A stretch of DNA of 64,000 nt from Lingula anatina. Its lineage: Eukaryota > Animalia > Brachiopoda. How positions within the stretch are numbered: the first letter of the stretch is position 1; every line of letters starts with the position of its first letter. The translations under genes and the position numbers were made by a program. The notes under the pieces are model-generated. The model searched no databases and had not been told where the DNA came from. It saw only the letters and a program-made list of their open reading frames with translations. Shown in pieces: positions 40,346-52,561 of the stretch. The stretch is from assembly GCA_051362555.1 (NCBI GenBank), contig CM120642.1, positions 30,442,001-30,506,000 on the forward strand, written 5' to 3'.

Positions 40346-41017
40346 GATATTGTAACCCTTCGTTCAAAACCCTTATTTACTGCCTTACACACATTCTTTT
40401 GGGTAATAAGTAAATCTTCAGTGTCCACTGACTAAATTAATAAACATTTACACATACGTCATCTAACGGGTGACGTCACAATTGGGATTTTGGGGTAAAA
40501 ACTGAAAAATCAGTTTCTTAAATTTCCCTTTTACCTGAGCACCCACGACCAACGTTTCAACGCCGATTGAACACGACATCATTTAGTGCTCCAAAACCAT
40601 CCCCTGCGAAAATTTGTCTTATTTAACGTTCGCTTCCGGTTCTCAATCTGTTCTAGAACATTTGGTGTATTTTTACAGTTGTAATTTTGTTCTGTAATGG
40701 ATGTAACAGTTCAAAAACTGTTTCTGGGAAGTCCTTGAGAATGACCTAGAACAGATTAAGAACATTTTTCATTAAAAGAGAAAAACATACCGATTGCTAT
40801 CTCACCTCAAAATAGAAAGGTGTCAAATTGACGATTTAAGCTTTGAGTTGCCTATATACACTGCAAAGAAAAATATATGAACGCCGATATTTTATATTTT
40901 CGAGGGTGTATAATTTTTTTATTATTTTAGCACAAATATAGATGCATAATTGAATAATTAGATGCAGGAATAAAAAATCATTATCGGTATCTGGTTGATA
41001 AAAAGGGTTACAATATC
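40346..41017. mobile_element. Unclassified non-autonomous TIR element in the 3' flank of pseudogene E
   Basis: 15-bp TIR GATATTGTAACCCTT / AAGGGTTACAATATC. The flanks rejoin to resemble the uninterrupted D 3'UTR (~35490-35550). Confidence 0.7.
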
Positions 41018-41802
41018 ATTAAATATATAGACAGAAAGATAAAAATGACGTAGACATTGACAGCTAGTGCATGGCAATAGTTGGACGAGTTTTTTTTTTT
41101 TTTAGATATCAACTGTTCAAGCATTCTATATATGAAGGTGTGTCTTAACTGCTTTAGAAATGTAATGCATTTCATTTAAATACACAGTATTTTGGTTTCT
41201 ACATGTATTTCGATGTTCTTTGTATTTCTCTACACGAATGACGCTGTGCCTTATCAGAATGGTCAATGTTATTTGTTTGATTTCATGCAATATACTGTAT
41301 ATTAGTGATGCACTAGCTTCTTTCCATTCACCTTCCTGTGTAAATGAACAATCACTATAACAATAAATTATGTTTAAATATAAGAGGAGTTTATTTTATT
41401 TCAAATAAAATATAATAAATTTGATATTTTATTATGAAAAACTCCACAATTGTAAATGGAATGTATCTATTAACTATCAAATCGTTACTTTTGGAACTGC
41501 ATGCCATCTCTATGCCTGAAAATTAAAATTTCTAAGATAAGATGGATAATTAACTATTGGATAATCTAGATGGCACTGTTCAGGTGCCTTAAACCAACCA
41601 CATCAACATGGGACCTTTCGTCAGTTGAAATATTCCTTGTCAAAGTTGTTTTTCTCTTTTGTCGTTTGCGTGCGCGCAAGTGCACGTGCGTGTGTGTGCA
41701 TGCATGTGTGTGACAACCTCAAACATCGGGGTAAATCCAAATATCTCCGGTCACATCTCATTTGCTGTGTATTTCATCTAGCCATGTAGTATTTTGGCGT
41801 AA

Positions 41803-41881
41803 TGACGTCAGGTGATCAAGAAAAGAAATGACGTCATGTGCCCTCCATACCAAAATCCTAGGTGGCACTGGTGCTATAAAA
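41803..41881 (+). promoter_or_regulatory. Putative promoter of copy F: two perfect CRE palindromes plus TATA box
   Basis: TGACGTCA at 41803-41810 and 41829-41836 (the second overlapping TCATGTG), TATAAAA at 41875-41881, ~130 bp upstream of the ATG. Confidence 0.55.
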
Positions 41882-42012
41882 CACAACGAACTGTACCTTT
41901 CCGCTCACAGCGAATGACAATACCATCTTTGGCAGCTGGGTATTATTTGCGCAATTCTTGTGACGGAATTGAAAAAGTTTGGTCACCGCGCTTCACTTAC
42001 ATGTACTTAAAA

Positions 42013-43055
42013 ATGACGCTGTACCTCTCTCAGGTAATCTTATTTGCGCTAATCCTCAACGCCTCTACGGGCCAAATAATTGGAAAAGAAAATCACTTCT
42101 ATAATTTTAGAGAAGACATGCTTGCAGCGAAAGACGCCTTTAGCCGCGAACATGACGAAAACAGACAAAAGTTATTTGGGTCACTTCTTGGACTGTATGG
42201 CTTGGACGATGCAGTTGCAGCATTCGTTAAAGACCTGAACGAGAAATCACCTGGTTTTAACGTCTCACAAACCTGTTTAACAAGAGTCGAATATTTCCTT
42301 ACCGGGATTCAGAAGAAAAAGAAGTGGGCTTTACAAAGTAGGTATTTAGTGTTCACGGGACACCCCGCACATTGAGTTAGAGATTTAAGTCATACATACT
42401 CTATATGTTCTAATAACATGATCAACACATTTTCAAACATTTCTACACAGAAAAATTTTGTAGAAGTATAATTTACATGCACTTATGGGTATTATTAAGG
42501 GTAATGTTACGAATGCAGTTGTTGCCATTGCATTGAGTGGAATACGCCAAGAAATGTGCAAAGGATTCGATTTGATAACTCACTCAGGATTTAAGTAACA
42601 CATTAATTAATGCTTTCGATGCGAAATATCTAGCCCTTGCTCCGCCTGTGTTATCGACAGATCTGCAACAGGTGGCAGTTCACCACCTTGCATATTGTCA
42701 AAATATATCTGCTAGGCTTATCTGCTGTGATATCCACTCGTTCACGCGCAGGGTGCGAACAATTGCGAGAGATACTAGGAACGCATCATATGTCATTTTG
42801 TCAGTTCTCACGTGCAACACATCAAAGTCATGCGCATTGGCTTAGCTTTGATATGATATAGTGTGCACGAAATACCGGAATAATATCATAATTATAAATA
42901 TTCAGCTCTAGTTCCTTTTTTATTCAAACCATTTTAATATTCATGATATGATAAAAAATGCAGTAAGGCTGCCAAATATCTTTGGTATTGTTTGTAAAAG
43001 ATTGAATGTGTAAGTCATATTTAAAACAGTGTATATAGTAAAGCTGTAGAATTTT

Positions 43056-43130
<75 letters not shown>

Positions 43131-44033
43131 CAAAGCAATATTTTCTGTAGTAGATATCTCGCCATTGTCTCTTTGAAAATTACACTTCGTTATCATTTGA
43201 ACTTATTAATATTAATTAATTAAAGTTATCGCCTATTGGTATAAACAGTGCCGCTTGCGAGCACTGACTGGGAACATTTTGTGGGGTTCTGGCTGCCTTT
43301 CATCCAGGTTTCTGATCGGTTTAACATATGGGTTCCTTTATCAACACCAAACTATTTTAAATTTGACAAAATAAACGAGAAACTCGACATGAGAGCTTTC
43401 ATAGATTCAAAGAAACGAGTTACCCTTCTCCATTTTCTTAGTTAATATTGTCTGTGAATTAACGCTATCATTTGAAAAATATCAAAATGAAGCACACTTA
43501 TGTATTTTTTTGATCTATCATTCGGACTGCTTATTAAAATACAAGAATAATTCTGTCATGATAATCTCTCACATATGGACACATGGCACATATTGAACGT
43601 GTCGAACAGGCAGGTGAAGAGACTTGCACAGTTAATAACTCGATGCTCTCAGCCAGTATTTAAACACACGGACTATGAAATCGCGATTAAAGTAATAAAT
43701 TCGGCGATCACAATCAATAGCCTTTGGCTCCAAGTTAAAAACGCACATATGTCCTAAGTCATTCCTTTAGTCTTAATGTTTTTGCAGTGCTGGATGCCAC
43801 GGGTAAAATGGGAAGCGGGATGTTAGACGGCAACACGCGTTGGTACGGCTCGTACAGCGAGTGCAACAAAGTTCAGGCCAGTTTACATTACAACGAAAGC
43901 ACTGGCTTTAACTCCAGTCAAGCTATTCAAGTCAGTGATTCCTTTGAGGGGCAGTATTGTACAACGATGCTCTCTGGGCCTCAAAGTCTTGTGAGTATTA
44001 TAAACAGACGGGTTATGATCGCTGTTTGTGTTT

Positions 44034-44081
<48 letters not shown>

Positions 44082-47000
44082 CGTGTGCTTGTGTATAATG
44101 CGTGTTAGATTCATATGTAATATTTGTGTATACGTGCTCAGTCACAAATGTTCAAACGCACGCGTGCGTGTAAAAAATTGAGGACAGCATTAAATGAGAA
44201 AATATAGAAATTAAAGGGTGATGTAAGTGTTACCTGTATAAGAGCTTTATCAGACTTAGAGCTTTATCAGACTTACGCACCTACACAAACTTTAACCCAT
44301 CCATCACAGTACCAGTGCATTCATTTCCTCTGTAGGTTGGCCATTTCGTGGCACTAACTCTAGGGATCTGTATCCCTACTGGATGTAGCGGGGAAGATAT
44401 CAAATCCATGGCTGATAACAGTGAGTATCTGCCGAACCAATCACACACATTGTCCCAGCTCTATGTTCCACTACCAAACAGTTACAGGGCATTGCCCCTA
44501 GAATAAAATCCATTTGATCGATGTTTGCACACATTTTTTTTCTTTTTTATTTCATCCCGTTGGCGCGAAATGTACAAAAGGGCAACGCACATGTCAAAAG
44601 ACACTTTTAATGTTCAAAATACTACATATTTCATATTAACAAGCAGTTCAGTGTTTGACCATTGGTGCTCAGCTGACTCTGCACTATAAAGTATTAGATT
44701 AAACTATCATTTGCTTTCTGAACGAAAGATTTAAAACCATATAATACATGATGTAGAGATCCACTTATCAATTGCAGTATTAAATCTTAAGCTGTGGTTC
44801 GTCTCCTGCAAACCGAAAGAGCTACCTTGGGCGTCCGGAACTACCGCCGTATTGTATGTATCACAGAATGTCGACCTGTTAAATACAACAGTACAAATGG
44901 CTTGACAACAAACTTAATTTTTGCGTCATTTTGCTAATATAACAAAGAAACAAAGTAAACGTATCAAAGACATGCAAAGAAAACCTTTGAAAATTGATTC
45001 CAAGTGAAAGTACGTGCAGTACCGTACTAGTGAAAAAAAAGCTTAATATACTGACAGTCAATGAAAACGCATCATTTATTTATCAAATAATATTTTAAGT
45101 TCCCTGGCACATTAAGAAAACAACAGTTTTTGTGCGAAATATGACCCATTTTTCAGTCACACAAGGTGATATAAAGGTCAGGAAAGATCATTAAAATACA
45201 AGGTCACGTGATTAAATCTGTTTGGTTCCGCCCAGCCTCCAGCATCCCCAGGGTCCGCAGTCGCTCTTCCAGGGTCAGACGTGGCATCACTGAACTTTTT
45301 TGTCATGTGTCATGCTGGATTTGGTGACCACCTTAAATAGGCTTAATTAATCACCATATATATTGAACCTGATTAATTCACACCAATCACGAAACAGGAA
45401 AAACACATGATTTTGTAACAGCTGATCACAAAATGTAGTGGAAATTTTAAACATCCGAGTGGTCTGCCCACTCTCTTATGACCAAACAAGTGCATTTGTA
45501 CTAGTTTATATGGTTGGAATCGATTATCGGTTAAAAAAGTACAAGAAAGTTTTCTGATGCGTTTTCATTGACTGTCAGTATAGTAAGATCACCTAAATTC
45601 ATGCTGAAACACAGACAAATTCAAAGTATCACTTTTTTGTTTTCCCTAATAGATGCATTACTGGCTTGCTTCTACTCCTGGTCCTGTTGGCCACAATGTA
45701 TGACGTCATTGATCAAAGTTTTCTGACGTCAGGAACAGCACAGAAGGTTATCCCACGTGACGCCTTGGAAGAAAGGGGTCCTACAGTTCAAGCAGATGGT
45801 TACTCTGCCATTCCATCGTCGCGAAATTCACCTTCTCCACAAAGAGAAAAAGGCAAGCGGCTTGAAAATAAATGCAAACTTTTGTTTGAAGAAATGACAA
45901 CAGATAATAGGGACTGTTAAAAAAGTACAATAATTTTGTTTGCATCCTTCCCCAGCTCTGCACAATAAAGACAGACATTTGTATTTGCATTCAATAAGCG
46001 TTGTGCTTTATGTTAGAATCGGTTGTTTTTGGAAAACCTCCTTATCTTCCTTCGATCGTGTAATATATTCACTATTGAAAGAATATTGCCAAACTATATA
46101 TTTAAATGTCTGTTTTCATCTTTACATTTGCTAGTTGGCTATTTTCACCAAAATGTTGCAGTGCTCTGTTGTTATATTGATCTCTGCATATGTCAGATCA
46201 TGTTATTGTGGTAAATGCGTATTTTGGCTATTTCAGGAATATGTCACAAAGTTATGATAGCTTTCTCTGTGTACACCAATGCAGCCAAGGTCCTAAGTGC
46301 CAAGCAGCCGTCTGGTGCGCTGAATTGTGTCAATGGTATCCGGTTTCTCAGCCTAACCTGGGTTATTTGGGGCCATACGTACTATTTTATGATGAGATAT
46401 ATAAGTAAGTATTATAATAAGGAAGAAGACATCATCAAGGGCGCAGAACAAGGTTGACTTTTTTATATTATTATTTTTTTGTTGAAGTATGGTTTTATGG
46501 ACGAAGAGCAATGTAGTTCCCGTTTTGCTAAAAATGTTTGGAATGTCGACAATAATCTATATATCATACTAACTACAAAAATTTATTGTATTTCTGTAAA
46601 ACTAATTACAAGTTTGTTACGTTTTTATCGTTTGTTTTTGAACATATATGAAAATAAATATGCGTACATTTACTTTTTATGAATGTGACAGAAAAAATGC
46701 AAGCTTTGAAGAGCGAAATAATATTGAGAGGCAAATTGCACATGCCCAGGATTACGTGTACCTGTAGCCATTATATAATTTCTACAAATTTAGGTTTAGA
46801 AGGTTTAGAAGATATATATATATACGGTATGTGAGGTATTGAATGCATCCATTTTAGAGAACGGTGCGTCCTATGGCCACGACATTATGACGCGTAAGTC
46901 AATGCAAGTACTGTTCCAAGCGCCTTACTCGGTTGATTCCTTTTTTGTCATGAGGTGAGACCCTTAGATCACTTCATTGGTATCGATTATGGATATCTGG

Positions 47001-47611
47001 CATCAAAGTGAATTGGTTGTTGTAATAGATTACAATAATATGAATTTAGTATAACGTACTTATGGCATTTTAGCTGGATAATGGGTTCACAAATTGGTTT
47101 CCTAATCACTACTTGATTGAATTGCTCATATTTAAATGTAAGCCTAAAATGAGTTCCGTTTTAGTGGACTGCTTGTCACCTATCTGACCATGCGCGAGAT
47201 GAAAAGGGGAACACTACGCATGCTCAGGATTAACTGGGGAATGTATTATTTCCACAGATTTTGGAGGTTTGTATACTGAAAAGTGTCACACATACTGCTG
47301 GGTAAAATGATAAAAAATACATGTCGTTAAACAACGCATTTAAAAATTAAAATTTCACTGCTTATTTCACCAATGCAGGAACTGCATAAAATGACATAAA
47401 TGCATAAAGTGACATAGTACCGTAGAACAATGGACATTAAAACGATAGAGGTGGCGCTTCTTTTGTAGGGGGGGGGGGGGGGGGGGTAAAATAAGCGTCA
47501 TATGTGTGGCAATAGATATTTCCAATTCCAAATTTGGAGGATAAATTGAAGCTTAAACTTTAGCAATGCATGTACAATGTATAAGTCACATGCAGCCATA
47601 CGTATATGACA

Positions 47612-47655
<44 letters not shown>

Positions 47656-50600
47656 AATTTCAATATTTTAGAAATAGCTCACACTGTTAAGTTACAGAAA
47701 CTGCATTATTGATACCGTGTACTGTTTCATTCATAGGCTGACCCCGCCGTACATGTTAGTGCTATTGGTGTACGCCACAACGTACAGATACTGGTCTAAT
47801 GGACCAATGTGGGCAGGGGAAAATCAGGAAAAACACTGCGGAGAGTACTGGTGGACCAACTTACTGTACGTCAACAATGTTGTGGACACTAAAAAGTTGG
47901 TAAGTAGTTTTAAAAAAATTTTTATAATGTTGTTGTGTATTTGGTAATCGTTGACACTAGGGTATACCCATTTAAATGGATATATTGAATTTATTAATAT
48001 CAATTTATACATGTATCTGTATATCTTTGACATGAGTTTGATCAGGGCGTATATGATTATTAAAGAATATGAAATTGTGCTTTCCTCAGAATATTAAAAC
48101 TGACCGCGACTGAAAATTGTGAAATATTTTTCAGAGAGCTTTCGGACATTGTCTTTGATTACCCTGACGTATGATGATGATGATGAGGATGTCATTTTAC
48201 TTGATGAATTTATACTTTGTTATCTTTATTTTCAGTGTTTTGGATGGTCGTGGTATCTGGCCAATGACATGCAATTCTTCGTGATTACACCTTTTATCTT
48301 ACTGCCTCTGTTTTGGTTAGTGTAATTATTGCTTGGTACATTCCATTTTTTCAAACTGTGCTAACTATATTACAAAAGTATATGCCAAAGCACTTCTATG
48401 AGCGTTGGACCTATGAGGTCTATAAATTCATCCTTATACAGAAAGGTGCATTTCTTGTTTCTTTTTGATGGTGTATTTATCACACAGCATATGTTTATAT
48501 TTCTTCCAAACAAGCAATCCACCATTCTCCATTTGCTGCACTTACTGCAGAAGCAAGTAGTTACCTAATGTTAACCTCACATCCTAATTGTTATTTTATA
48601 CAGTGTGTATTTTTCTAGTGGTTTTTCCTAAACCTTTTCATTGATAGAAATCCAAATTTATACAAATAAAATAATTCGAACAAAAATGTCCGTTTCAGGA
48701 GTAGGATTGCCGGCGCAGTAATCATGTTTCTGTTATTGCTAGGCTGTTGGATATCTTCTGGATCTGTCTCGGCCTACCATAAGTATGGGCCCAATGGCGT
48801 AGGAGGCAATGAGTGAGTTTAAGTACTCTGCAACATGTTATGCCACTGTGATAGCTATAGCTTAAGTGATATAAATAACCGGAATGACATGGTGTTGATT
48901 TATATTTATTAAAATGGGTTTGGAATACTATGTATACAACCTTGCAGAGATGACCCAAGCCAACATCTCAAGGCATCATAGCTAAGAGAATGTATACCTA
49001 TAATGAAGTTGGAATGTTAACACCCTCCCCCTAAAACACAATGACAAATGTAATATTAAGTTTATGATTAAAAATTAATAATTTAAAAGCAGACACCTTC
49101 CATGAAAAAAAACACAGATGATACCCATCACATCTTATTAATGGCAAAAAATAAGTTAATGCTCATAGTAAAGGTACATACAGTGTGTCAGTGAAATTCT
49201 GGGATACAATTCACATTTCTGTCTCCAGGGCAGATAACTTCGACATCATGTACATCAAGCCGTGGATTAGAATAGGACCATACCTTGTAGGAATGGCTAC
49301 TGGATATGTACTACACGTCACTCAGTGCAAACCCAAGGCAAACTGGGTAGGTATAGTCGATTACATAGCTCAGTTGAAGTACTATTTAGTTTTTAATACA
49401 ATAAAAATCATGATCAGTAGTATCTATATAGAAATAATGTTATTATGCTTGCTGTATACTTGAATGGTGATTTCGCTCCTGAATTCGGCAACTAGTAAAT
49501 CGAACGCTTGCCTTGGCCCTGATGGAGTCGTTGATCGAACTTAAATGTGTGTTGGGAGGGCGGGGGGGGGGGGGGGGGGGGGTCCTGATATAAACGGCGA
49601 AATCAAAATTCACGCGATCAAGACCCAAAGGTGGTTAATCGAAACGTCCATGTATGGCTCCCGTATTTTAGTCTGTACGTCAATAATATTTCTGTTTTAT
49701 CATCTTATCTGGCAACTTATTGGGGGAAACGTATTTAGTGTAATGATAACTAGTATTCTTGCGGGCTCATAAATCATGGCTTCTGAACTGCATGCCCATA
49801 CTGTCAGTGGTAGTAAAATGCCCGAACCGTTATTATTTTCAAATCTATTTCGGTGCCAACTACATTTGCTTCAGCAATACTTTGCGTATAAACTATCACG
49901 GCGATATTGACCATAATTTACATTTACATATAGAAGTCTAAGTATATTTTTGTCAAAGTACTTAAGTAGATAATTCAACTTGGCTTCAGGTCGTAGCATT
50001 GGTTGCCTGGGCTGTCGCCATAGCTTTAGGAGCGTGGTTGGTGTTTGGTCTTTATGAGCCTCTCAATGGTCAGCCATGGAACTACCAGGTGACAGCACTA
50101 TACAATGCCACGTCCAGGACACTGTGGGGCGCATGCGTAGCTTGGGTGATCTATGCCTGCTGCACCGGTTATGGGGGTATGTACTGGTAATTTGACACAT
50201 GTCAGAGAACTACTGGCTGAAATAATTGTCTTACAACAACCTTAGTTTTCTCACTTCAAATAAGACGTTTAGGTTTTTTAGACTAGTTTCCTCAAGACTT
50301 TCAACAACCGTTTCAAATATAAAAACTTTATACATGTAAACCAAAGCGTTTTAGCCTTTTTTTTTTCTTTTTTAACACATTGCTATAACTAGTTTCTGCT
50401 TCATTTGCGTCATAAATAAACTAACGAAGAAGAGAAAAAATTCACGTTTACAGGCATTGTCAATGATATTTTATCCTGGGATGCCTTCGTGCCCCTGAGC
50501 CGACTGACCTACTGCGCCTATTTGGTCCACCCCATCATCATGTTTGCCGTCTATCAGATGAAAGAGGAACCGATATATGCAACTGACATGACTATGGTAA

Positions 50601-50976
50601 CCTTTTTTTCTAATTATCAAACTTATGTAGTCAAAAGTCATGATCTGCTTTCATTCTTTTCATTTTATTATTTTCATTCACTTGCGCAACAGAATTATGA
50701 ATGATGACGTAATAATCATTAGGTTCTCTTTCTTAAAAATTAAATGATCTGAATGTGTATGACGTTACGTCAAGTTCAGCGTTTATATCTTTTCTGGGAA
50801 CTTTTTGAGATTCTTTAAAATTGTCTATTAAACATGTTTTGATTGTTTTTTTTTTTCAGACTAATTATTTCTTCGGGCACCTCGTGATGTCATACGGTTG
50901 CGCCTTCGTGGTCTCCATGGTCTTTGAGGCGCCTATGTTAGGATTGGAGAAAGCTATTTTGAAGCGCGGGCAATGA
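42013..50976 (+). CDS. NRF-6/OACYL-like O-acyltransferase, copy F (second subfamily), complete
   Basis: Exons 42013-42337, 43788-43990, 44336-44420, 44778-44853, 45653-45852 (GC donor), 46237-46404, 46858-46954, 47165-47266, 47737-47899, 48236-48315, 48699-48812, 49229-49346, 49990-50176, 50454-50596, 50860-50976 (TGA). Most exon sizes match copy D. Confidence 0.88.
45049..45580. mobile_element. Tc1/mariner-type non-autonomous element in F intron 4
   Basis: 26-bp perfect TIR TACTGACAGTCAATGAAAACGCATCA / TGATGCGTTTTCATTGACTGTCAGTA with TA on both sides. Not present in the shorter D intron. Confidence 0.88.
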
Positions 50977-52561
50977 ATTCGCAAAAAGGCCATCTCGATC
51001 AAATTAACTGACAGGGGCTTTGTCAGTCCCCAGTGGCATACAGTACAATGATATACAAATCTGCTGTAAAATGTTTAATTTTTAAAAGTGTAATGTATTC
51101 AATTTTAATACATAATTTGTTGAGTTCATTTTGAAATATTTCCATTGAGTGAATGCCGCTGTACGTAATGAGATGGGGTAATTTGTTGTATGATCTCATT
51201 ACATACCAAAGTTTCACCGTTTTCTCTACATTCATGCTCATGTGTAAATGATATTAAATAGTAAATGGCCTAAATTGTGGCACAGAGAGCTGCAGGGTGG
51301 AATTTTTAGAGCGTTTAACATCAGGACAAAGAGCAACGAACGGTGCCAGTGTCCCTGAGGTACCGACCCATTGTTGAACTGCCAATGGTTTTATTCTGAA
51401 ATGATTTGACCAAGTTTTACACGTTGTTGAGTTTTGGTGGCAAAGGCTGCAATCCAGCAAACAATTACGTCATGCAGCTCTATGATTTTTTAAGTTCGTT
51501 TATAAGCAGAGGATGATCGAGATGATCGAACGCTTGCTAGTAATCAATCAGCAGATCTCTAAAGATTTTGCCAGCTTCAGTGCCATAAACCAGTGGTGCA
51601 GGAGTTGTTCCAGATTTTTTGACATCGCCAAATTGAAACTTTTCCAGTTGTGGTGGTCATTCACCTACAATGGATACCACATGTCGGACCGGTAGAGCAA
51701 TGTAAAATTTAGATCTACCTGTAAAATAAATTTAATAATTGCATCTGATCTTGGATTCATTTTAACAAGCACTGTATGCAACTTGCCATATTCGAAACTT
51801 GCCATATTCGTTTCAAAAGATGATTATTTAATTAGCGATGTGTGTCGCCACGGCAATATTAGAATGCATGTATCAATTATTGTTGTTTTTTATGTGCCGT
51901 ATAATGTAAGCCAAGTCTGGAAGAAGATGGTTTTTAAATTGCAACCACAGCACCACAGGCTTGATAACTACACTTCTTTGCAAATTAGAATGTACTATAG
52001 CCTATATTTCAAAATAGAATAAATATGTATTTAATATTTCTGTTGGTTCACAACCAAATTAATTTATTTTCAAGCTACAAACTTTAATCCCATCCAAGCA
52101 CTGTTTCTTTTCTTTTTTTTCTTTTCGGAATATGTAACTGTATAAATGTCTAACACACAAACGACAACATAAAAATGGGATTCCATCTGAACTTTTTAGT
52201 ACCATAATACAATAGTAGAGTAAACCCTCTCTGCGTGGAGTAGCCATCTGATTTTATGGATATGCCTTCAGATTTTCGACTACCATTTGCCTGGTAAATT
52301 GCAAGGTAAATCCGATGCAATTAGCAAATTGATTGCCCTGACAGAATATAGAACTAAATATAATAAAAATTATTATAATAATATTATTTATTTATTTACT
52401 TAGAGTCTAAAATCCACAAATAAAATACAATGTCAAAACGGTTATTTTAGATTTAAAAGTTATGGTATTAAAAGTAAAAAGAATTATGTTAATGTTCTGT
52501 ATAAAAAGTAAGGAGAAAATGTCCAACTATAATCTCCTGTTGAGTATAAAAGGTAAGATTT

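Noticed and set aside
41812-42012. 67-aa N-terminal extension of F exon 1 (and similar extensions for B, C, D, E)
   Set aside because: Starts at a non-ATG codon in F, D and E, overlaps promoter motifs in F and would bury the signal peptide. Paralogs align at the downstream ATG.
51250-51700. Higher-complexity stretch between F and the IDO-like gene, possibly a decayed coding or TE fragment
   Set aside because: The frames I examined are interrupted, and I found no recognisable domain, TIR or TSD.
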